From the IMG/VR virus record IMGVR_UViG_3300039002_000009, positions 1-60,263 of that record: a DNA stretch of 60,263 bases, one strand, 5' to 3'. The translations under genes were made by a program, and so were the position numbers. Below the pieces are notes generated by a model. That model did not search any database. It saw nothing but the letters and a program-made list of their open reading frames with translations, and was not told the origin of the DNA. This document shows positions 29,295-37,500 of the stretch, one piece after another (within the stretch, counting starts at the first letter, position 1; each line of letters starts with the position of its first letter). The DNA comes from a virus (lineage: Duplodnaviria; Caudoviricetes).

Positions 29295-29950
29295 ATGAGA
29301 CCCTGAAAAAAATTGCCATCCAGGCTGGCGTCATTGTCGTGACGGTGGGCGCAACCGGCTTTTGGATGGATCACTACAATGCGTCCAAGGTCAAAGAACT
29401 TCTCGCGGCGAATACACAGCTTCAGGCCAAAGTGGATGATCTAGCTAAGAGCGCAAGCCAGAGCGGGACCGCTTCATCTAATGATAAGCAGGCGGCCTTG
29501 GCCGTAAATCAGATTGCGATAGCCATGGGCCTAAAGACTCAGCAGCTTGAAGTGGAGATCGCGAAACTCAAGGCTGGCCAGCCTGCGAATGCTCCGATCC
29601 CTCCGATCCAGCAGGCCGAGGAATCCCTGATCGCGAATCTCAAAGACGAGAATGGGAAGGTCAAGGACGCCTATGCCCTGGCCATGAAATCCGGAGACGA
29701 GGCTCGTGCTTCTTCGGATTATTACAAGCAGGCGTACGAGTCCGAAAAGGCGATGAACGAGAACCTCCGCAAGGCACTAGAAGCTGTTCCCAAGGCTCGC
29801 CCATGGTCGATTGGCGTTTTGGCTGTTCAACAGCAGGCCGCGAAGGGCTTTGAGTATGGGCCTGATTTTGGGTACGCATTTGGCCCTGTCCGGCTTTCTG
29901 TGGGCTTAACGAAGAACACGAAGCAGATCAGACTTGATTTTGAGTTCTAA
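29291..29950 (+). CDS. spanin-like protein (TM plus long coiled coil)
   Basis: N-terminal TM, helical periplasmic part, beta-strand-like C-terminus ending in F. Confidence 0.55.
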   Translation: MNETLKKIAIQAGVIVVTVGATGFWMDHYNASKVKELLAANTQLQAKVDDLAKSASQSGTASSNDKQAALAVNQIAIAMGLKTQQLEVEIAKLKAGQPANAPIPPIQQAEESLIANLKDENGKVKDAYALAMKSGDEARASSDYYKQAYESEKAMNENLRKALEAVPKARPWSIGVLAVQQQAAKGFEYGPDFGYAFGPVRLSVGLTKNTKQIRLDFEF

Positions 29951-29990
29951 CCCTCCCAGACGCCCTGGGATTTCTAAGAAGGAGAGTAAA

Positions 29991-30302
29991 ATGGCGACCT
30001 CTAAAATTGTCCAGTGGGGGAATGGGGCCACTGGCGTTACCAGCGCGACCGGCTATTCCGATGCCGCCTACGCGCCTTACCCCACCAAAACCCTCCAGGC
30101 ATTCCTCAAGACTGGGACGCAGGCTACAGGCGTTGTTTGGGGGTCTATCGATGGGAATGTGAGGCATCAGCTCGGAACATTGACCCTTTCGGGGACCAAT
30201 GGTGAAGATGCTTATACGGGAGTTAGCGCTTACAACTATCTCTTCCTGGATATCACCGGGATCACGGGGTCTACAGTTGAAGCGTTTGCCCGAAGCACGT
30301 AA
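29991..30302 (+). CDS. small Thr/Gly-rich virion protein
   Basis: AAGGAG RBS, GATGVTSATG and ITGITGST motifs, GSIDG beta-sandwich motif. Confidence 0.7.
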   Translation: MATSKIVQWGNGATGVTSATGYSDAAYAPYPTKTLQAFLKTGTQATGVVWGSIDGNVRHQLGTLTLSGTNGEDAYTGVSAYNYLFLDITGITGSTVEAFARST

Positions 30303-30342
30303 TCCTCAAGGGGCAGAGATGCCCCTTCCTATTGGAGATCCC

Positions 30343-31386
30343 ATGAGGCTGTGTTCGATCACCCCTACATCCAACCGCGAGGCGTTGATTGGCGACGCGC
30401 TCCGGAGCGTTGTGGATTGGGTTGATGTCTGCCTCTTGTTGGATCTCGGCATTACTGATCGGACCCTTGAAGTCGCCAAGGAGGTGGCTGGCGACAAACT
30501 CAAGGCTGTGAAGGTTCCTGGCGAACTCATGATCAACTTCTGCGATGTCCGGAATTTTGGACTTGATGAAGCAGCCAAGGAGGCTGACTGGGGGGTTCTT
30601 CTTGATACAGATGAACGTCTCTATATCAATGGGACGGACGTGCGAGGAGAACTTGGCAAGATCGGGGACGGGATTGTCCTCGTCCAGAGCCAAGATAAAC
30701 ACTACCCCAAAGAGCGGTTCGTGAGCCTCCCGGCTATAGATAGATACGTTGGGAAGGTCCATGAAACGATCGTCCCCCTCCATGCAAAACAAAGCCCTCT
30801 CCCTGGAGTGGTTTTCCTAGAAATACAAAAAACACCCGAGGAGTTGAAGGCCAAGCTCGAATACATACTCCCCCTCTTGGAGGAGGAGACCCGGAAGGAT
30901 CCACAGTGCCCACGCTGGTGGTACTACCTGGGCGATACCCTGGAAGGGTTAGGCCGTCGGGATGATGCCATTGCCGCTTTCGATAGATGCTCTGTGTTGA
31001 GGGGGTGGGACGAAGAATCGGCCTGGGCCTGTTTTAGAATGGCCATACTTTTGGAGAATAGTGGCCGACGGCAGGATGCGATTGATATCTGCTGCGCGGG
31101 GCTCGCTCGCCATCCTGGGATCGCCGAATTGGCATGGCTCGCGGGAGAGGTCTCTCTCCGACTTGGATGGAACGACAAAGCCGTCTATTGGGCGAGAATG
31201 GCCGTGGCGAACGGAACGAATCATGGGGAAGGCCATTTCATTAAACCGAGGATTGGCTTCCGATATGATTTTGCCGCAAAAGAAGGCCCGTTTGATGTAA
31301 TGGCTAGGGCTTACGAAACGCTCGGGATGGCAGAGGAGGCGGCTTCAGCCAAGAAGATCTACGAGGCTCTGAGGGGGGACAAATGA
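30343..31386 (+). CDS. GT2 glycosyltransferase with C-terminal TPR repeats
   Basis: LRSV..WVD...LLDLGITDRT, FCDVRN.GL, LDTDE and GKVHE, then WYYLG..L TPRs. Confidence 0.9.
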   Translation: MRLCSITPTSNREALIGDALRSVVDWVDVCLLLDLGITDRTLEVAKEVAGDKLKAVKVPGELMINFCDVRNFGLDEAAKEADWGVLLDTDERLYINGTDVRGELGKIGDGIVLVQSQDKHYPKERFVSLPAIDRYVGKVHETIVPLHAKQSPLPGVVFLEIQKTPEELKAKLEYILPLLEEETRKDPQCPRWWYYLGDTLEGLGRRDDAIAAFDRCSVLRGWDEESAWACFRMAILLENSGRRQDAIDICCAGLARHPGIAELAWLAGEVSLRLGWNDKAVYWARMAVANGTNHGEGHFIKPRIGFRYDFAAKEGPFDVMARAYETLGMAEEAASAKKIYEALRGDK

Positions 31387-31802
31387 CGCTCATCGATCCC
31401 TATCAGGACTATCTCATCGCTTCCACCCGGTTCCAGGACCTGGCAGCTCCGGCATTGACGCAGCTCGCCTATGGTGTCTTCAATGAGGATCGTCGTCCCC
31501 TTTGTCCCATGGTGGACACAGGATTGATGTATCCAGGGTTACAGGGATCTGATCCTAGCCTGCTCAAGTACTTCCATGAGATTCGATTCGGCGGGAGCGG
31601 GAAGCTCTTCATCCGGGCCATGGTGGACAATGCGGAAGTCCAGCGCGGCTATGTGACACTCTCGGAAGACGCCTATCAGGCATCCAGCTTCAGGCTTCCG
31701 AAGGGAATGGCTGGATACGGGCTCCGTCTTCAACTGGTAGGCATTGCATGGTGGCGTTATTTTGAAATCATGTGGGATCCTGTTGTGGAGGCTATCGCGT
31801 GA
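31383..31802 (+). CDS. protein resembling the C-terminal domain of tail nozzle proteins
   Basis: DP..LKYF.EIRF...FRLPKG..G...LQL pattern. Confidence 0.5.
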   Translation: MTLIDPYQDYLIASTRFQDLAAPALTQLAYGVFNEDRRPLCPMVDTGLMYPGLQGSDPSLLKYFHEIRFGGSGKLFIRAMVDNAEVQRGYVTLSEDAYQASSFRLPKGMAGYGLRLQLVGIAWWRYFEIMWDPVVEAIA

Positions 31803-32284
31803 TCATCCATCGCGTGCAGACCAGTGGCTTCGGGGTTGCTGAACCTTCGCCGGAGAAGATCCGCGAGATGGTCTACGCTTTGGAAGCTAGCCTCAAGGGT
31901 CTACCCCAAACAGAATTGCCCCTCACTCACAAATTCGCAGATGGCCTCTACTACCGGGAGATCTTGATCCCCAAGGGGTGTTGGCTCACGGGGCGTGTCC
32001 ACAAACAAGCTGATATGAATATCGTCTACTATGGCGATATTGAGGTCCTTGTGGAGGATGGGACGTTTAAGCGTGTTGTTGGGCCGTGCTCTTTCTCGGG
32101 TAGGGCTGGGCTCAAACAGTTCGGGATTGCCAGCGAGGATACTCTGTGGGCTACGGTTCACCATACGCACTTGACAGACTTGGATGAAATCGAGAAAGAA
32201 CTGTTTGAAGATGAAGAGTCCACATTTGATTTTAAGACGGGGGAGGTGCTTCCATGTCGGCAGCTACAGCCGCAACTGTCATAG
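31799..32284 (+). CDS. cupin-like phage protein
   Basis: THKFADGLYYREILIPKG..LTGRVHK...W.TVH. Confidence 0.75.
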   Translation: MIIHRVQTSGFGVAEPSPEKIREMVYALEASLKGLPQTELPLTHKFADGLYYREILIPKGCWLTGRVHKQADMNIVYYGDIEVLVEDGTFKRVVGPCSFSGRAGLKQFGIASEDTLWATVHHTHLTDLDEIEKELFEDEESTFDFKTGEVLPCRQLQPQLS

Positions 32285-32889
32285 GCGCGGGAGTCAACAT
32301 CTACGGCGCCATGCAGGCTGGCAAAGCGGGCCAGCAGCAAGAGAACCAGGCGAGCACTGCTGATCAATTGGCCTTGATGCAATATGAGCAGAATCAGCAG
32401 ATCGCCAAAACGCTCGAAGCCCGCCAGCAGAACCTTGTGGATATTCCCCTTACGCGCAAGATCCAGGAACTCGAAGGCAAGAAGCTGACTGCCGGTGGCC
32501 ATCAGGCTCTAGACCGTTTCAATTTCGAGATGGGCAACAACCAGCGGGCTATCGAGGAAGCGGCTCCAGCGGCGGGAAGCGCGGCAACGGGTGCCCGAGA
32601 ATTGACCAATCAGTTCCGGAGAGCCCAAGGTGTCGCCGGGATCAATCTTCAGGACCAGGCTACAAAAGACGCGGAGATGGGAAGCTATTTGAACCTCGCA
32701 CAACAGACTCCCGGATGGGCAAACATTGCGGCCAATGCCAATGTCCAGACCGGAGGGGCCTTTGAACGTCAGGCGGCGACCCAGCGTGGACTTGCTCAGC
32801 AGGACTTCGCCAATGAATCGAGTAGCTATGCCGCAGCGGCGAAGGGGCTTAGCACGCTTGCCGATATGTATGCGACTGGGAATACATAG
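32254..32889 (+). CDS. internal virion/ejection protein (small)
   Basis: Ala/Gln-rich helical protein with a Gly/Ala hydrophobic N-terminus. Confidence 0.65.
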   Translation: MSAATAATVIGAGVNIYGAMQAGKAGQQQENQASTADQLALMQYEQNQQIAKTLEARQQNLVDIPLTRKIQELEGKKLTAGGHQALDRFNFEMGNNQRAIEEAAPAAGSAATGARELTNQFRRAQGVAGINLQDQATKDAEMGSYLNLAQQTPGWANIAANANVQTGGAFERQAATQRGLAQQDFANESSSYAAAAKGLSTLADMYATGNT

Positions 32890-32898
32890 GAGGATGAC

Positions 32899-34503
32899 AT
32901 GCCTGGAATGGGACTAACGGCAGGGATCGGCCAGGCCCTCGCGGCTGGGACCTCTGAATACCAGAATAAGTGGGAACAGGAGAGAACCCGCAAACGGCAG
33001 GAGGATATCCAGAATACCCTTTTGACTCGCGAGAAGGAGCAGTACGACGCGCAGCAGCAGACCCAGGAAGCCCAGGATATGCTTGGTGCGAGTAACCTCC
33101 AAGCTTTCGCTGACCCAAATATCAACCCCTTCCACATTGCCGAACAGACGGTGATGGGTCTACGGAATCCCCAGACGCCTCAAATCCCTCAAGCGGCTGC
33201 GCCAGGTACGCCACAGGATGTCCAGACGGCCCAGCCTACGCCAACCGCACCGGGGGAACGTCCCGTAGCTTCTGGGGCCATTTCTGCCCCAGCGTCAACC
33301 CCTACCCCTCCGTCATCGACGGGGGGGCTTGCCAATATCAAGGTTCCAGGGCCAGTATCGGCCCCGATCGCTCCTCAGACTCAGGCTCTTCCTACGGGGT
33401 GGAAACCCATGGACCCTGGGTTAGCTCAGATTTACGATCGCTATGAACCCATGCGTCAGCGAGTAGAAGCCGATATCGCTAAGATCAAGGCCCGCTCGGG
33501 AGGTGATCCGAAGGTCGAGAATCGCATGATGTCGGCTTATGGGAAGGTCCTGGAGAAGGATCCTAACTTCATGGCTATGAACAGTGCCATTCAGAGCTAT
33601 GTAGGGAATGCCCAGACGGAAGCAGTCGCTCAGAAGGCTAATAAATTCCTGGATGCCTTCGAAAGTGGCGATACCCAGACCCTAGAATCCATGTTTGGCA
33701 AAGGCGCTCACGCCGGCAAAGACCCTCAGACCGGGATGCCGGGAGTGATCCTTCCAAATGGCATGGTCATAGGGCAGAACCTCGCACGCGCACGGGTTAT
33801 GCTACGGTTGGGGATGATCGATAACAAGAACTTCTCGGATATCGCTAAAGAGGAAACGATCAAGACGGCGGATATGCTCAAAGCCAAGATGGAGATTGAA
33901 GGCAGGATCCGCGAGGCAGGGGTTGTCCGTCGCAGCACATCCTTCAGCGTGTCTCAACCCGCAGGAGTGACGCAGGCAGCAGAAGTTCAGCGCACAGCCG
34001 AGCAGAACGCTCGCATGAATGGATCGAGTCCCCAGGATGCCGCAAGGGCTGGCGTGAAAGCCAAGCTTGACTACCTGATGACGAATGTATCCAAGATCGA
34101 TGATAAACAAGAAGTCGAAAAGGCGAAGATTGCGCAGCAGAACGCTAAGAACCTCCAGGCCGCAGTGAAGGCTATTTATGCTCCTCCCGATGCGGATGGG
34201 TTAGTTAAGCCTAAGATTGACCAGAAGCAGGCTCTCGCCACCTTCGACACGATTGCTAAGACAGATCCTGAAGGAGCATTGGTTTATTCACAGGCTCTTC
34301 CTCCGGCGATGAATGATTACATTACAGCCCAGCTCAATGTGCGAGAAGCAAAAAAGGCGACAGAAAGCGGATTGACCGGAAACGTTTCTAAAGGTGCTCA
34401 CGGCAAGATGCCAGAGCCCAAGAGCCAACCCGAGACAATGCAACATAACGGCAAGACCTATTACCGATGGCCTGATGGGACGTACCATACCAAGAAGCCA
34501 TAG
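32899..34503 (+). CDS. internal virion/ejection protein (medium)
   Basis: 534 aa helical protein, AGGAGG RBS, position after the tail genes. Confidence 0.65.
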   Translation: MPGMGLTAGIGQALAAGTSEYQNKWEQERTRKRQEDIQNTLLTREKEQYDAQQQTQEAQDMLGASNLQAFADPNINPFHIAEQTVMGLRNPQTPQIPQAAAPGTPQDVQTAQPTPTAPGERPVASGAISAPASTPTPPSSTGGLANIKVPGPVSAPIAPQTQALPTGWKPMDPGLAQIYDRYEPMRQRVEADIAKIKARSGGDPKVENRMMSAYGKVLEKDPNFMAMNSAIQSYVGNAQTEAVAQKANKFLDAFESGDTQTLESMFGKGAHAGKDPQTGMPGVILPNGMVIGQNLARARVMLRLGMIDNKNFSDIAKEETIKTADMLKAKMEIEGRIREAGVVRRSTSFSVSQPAGVTQAAEVQRTAEQNARMNGSSPQDAARAGVKAKLDYLMTNVSKIDDKQEVEKAKIAQQNAKNLQAAVKAIYAPPDADGLVKPKIDQKQALATFDTIAKTDPEGALVYSQALPPAMNDYITAQLNVREAKKATESGLTGNVSKGAHGKMPEPKSQPETMQHNGKTYYRWPDGTYHTKKP

Positions 34504-34514
34504 AGGAGAGTATC

Positions 34515-37500
34515 GTGGCTGATCCTACCTTCATCGACGATGCATCTCCCGAAGCTTCTGGCACTCAGTTCATCGATGATGCCGGCCCCTCCAAGGAGAT
34601 GTTCCCCCGTCCCGTCTCCGATGTGATGCGAGGGACTCAGCCCGCCACCCCTCAGCCCCCAAAAGAAGAGCCTGGGTTCTTCAAGAGCGCCTGGAACGAG
34701 GCGTTATCAAATCAGGCCGAGATCGACAAGACTCGCCAGGAACAAGGTAATCTTCCGGCGATTTGGCAAACCCTGCGAATGCGGGCCAACGAGGTCAAAG
34801 ATGTGACCAAACAGGTCGGCATGGCCGTTCCCCGGCTGGCAGGCGAGATGGCGACACTCCCCACGAAGTCATCCCGAATTATCAATCAGTCTCTAGATTA
34901 TCTAGAAAAGGAACATCCAGAGGCTGCTCAATATTTCGAGACGTTCTTTCCAATGATTCAGCCGATAACCTTGGCTCGCGAGGACGAACGGCGGAAAGGA
35001 TGGGACCCCACAGAGGCTTCCAGGATGGCCAATGCCTGGGTTGAAAAGAATATCCAGAAACCAGTCGAGAACGTCAAGCCTACGACATCCGCCGGGAAAG
35101 TGGCGCGAGCTGGGAGTGACATTGCCGCCGTAACGGCTGGGACACTCCTTGCCCCTGAAGCGGCAGTTCCTTATTTCGTTTCCAGTGCTGGAATCAACAC
35201 GACCAACATGGCCATGGAACAACTCCAGGGTGACCCCGATGCCGTCCCTAAAGCCTGGAGCGCGGGACTCCTAACCGCTGCGGCAAACTATGCCGGTATG
35301 AAATATATTCCCGGTTTATCCGGGAAGATTGGTTCGATGGTTACGGCCCGCATCTCTCAGCCAGCCATTGCCGCATTCCTAAATGTGGGCATCCGTGGCT
35401 CCGCCATGGGCACCTTCATGAATACGATGGACAACGCCATCGCCAAGACATTCTATGACCCAAATCGGCCATGGGATCAGGGGATGGGCCAATCGGTAAT
35501 CCAGATGCTAGGGTACGAAGCCGCAGGACTCCCTGAAGGCTACCAGCACGAAAAGGCGGTACGAGACCTGCGTGAGGGTGCTGATATCGCCCTGAAGATC
35601 AACATGGCCTCAGCTACTGGTAAGGGCGCGATGGCGGATTTATCGCCTAAGCTCGTCCAAGAGGGGATGAGAGGCGTGGAGTTCGGCGAGAAAGTCAGCG
35701 ACGAAGCAAATAATGCCTATTCGCAGTTCAGGGACAATTTTGTCCGAATTGAAAAAGGAGGCTCAAATGCCAATGAAGAAGGGCAAATCCGACAAAACGA
35801 GGAACAAAAACATCGCGGAAGCAATGCACTCAGCGAAGCAGACCGGCAAGTTCGGCAACCAGAAGGGGCCGTTCAAGAAACTCCAGAAGTCGATCGAAGC
35901 AGCAGCGTACCGCCAGCAGGACGAGGCCAAGAGGAAAGCGCGGAAGAGGTAACGAGTCTTCCTAGAACCAATGTCCCACGTTCTCAGAACACCGCCTTGT
36001 CAGGCCGGGTAACCGAAGAGGGTCAATGGGTAGATAGGAACTGGGATGAGTTTGCTTCAGTCTATGCCGATCACCCTGACACAGCAGGAGGTAAGATCCT
36101 TTCTGCTGATGCGATCGCTGATCTTTTGCCGTCCATTCAGGAGAATCCGGTCCAGGGGCATGGGGAAGCCGTCAATTCTGGCTATCCAAGTAAGATTGTT
36201 TTGGACCAGTACGATAGACGGATGGCTCAGCCTATTTCCTCTCCGGAAGATGAAAACGTTCTCGTCATGATGGGGAATCCGGGTTCAGGGAAGACCACGG
36301 TGGCCCGCAAAAATGCATCTGGATATGGGACGGTGATCGATTCCCCTGGGGCAGATCAGCGGGGTCTAATCGATATCATCAATACCGCGCTCCGGAATGG
36401 ACGTAGGGCGGATCTTGTTATGGTCCATGCTCCCCTTGAAGAGGCCGTGGGGAGAAATATTGGGCGTCAGGGCGAGATTGGCCGGACGGTTCCGATTGAG
36501 TCTCAAGAATCTCTTGAAGCATCGACACATCTCGCATTTCGCCGGGCATGGGAAACATTTGGAGACCCAGCCTATGGGGATCAAGTATCTTTTACCTATA
36601 TCGAAAATCCCAATGATAAAAACGCACAAAATGCCTGGACAGGTGAGGAAGCCGTTAACCAGTCAGGAGAAGTAAGGCGATCTAATAGCAAAACTAATTT
36701 GCTAGATCGAGCGATCGGAGCCTATATTAGGGCAAAAGGAGAGAGAGATGTTTCCCCAGAAGCGCAGTCAATCTTTGAACAAGGAATCGAAGATCAAGTC
36801 AAAGCGCATCCCGCATCTGTCGAAGGAAGAGCTGTTTCAGGGGATCGAGGAGTCGCATCAGGAATGGCTGAAGAGACCCCGGCACCCGGCGCTCCCGCCT
36901 CGCAAGAAGTAGAGGATATCCGTGCCACTCAGAACATTCCACAGGAGACGCTAGAAAAGGCCAGGGTTGGAACGGCCAAGATGCCTCCGCCCGTCCCCAC
37001 GTCTGCCCGTAAGGCGCAAGCCGAAGACCTTGTTCGTGAGATTGTCCCCGATAAGGCTACTCGTGCAGCCATCCATGCCACTGGGATTAGTGGAAAGAAC
37101 CCGACTCCCGAAGACGTAGTGTCCGAAGCGCTGATCGCGCAGCCCAAGAAGTCTCCATTTGAAAAGAATGCTCCCGAGGCTGGAGCCATTAGGCTCCCCG
37201 AGAAGATCAACATGGGCAAGGTAATGACCCGGTTGGGAGAAGTCCTTAAGGCATCTGCCAAGGAACCGCTCGAAGCATTCAAGAATCTCAGCAACGGCGC
37301 GGTCCTTAAACTAGCCAAAGCCGAGGATGCCGCAGGGAAACTTCAGCATGCCTACGATCCGTCTAAGCCAGGAGTCTTCCCTGGATTCGCCGATTCCCCC
37401 ATTGAGGGAAGTCAAAAACCATTCCTCAAAAAAGACCTACAAGTTGGCAAACTGGGCCAAGAATTCAGATCTCCGAGCTTCCAGCTCGCACCTTATTTCG

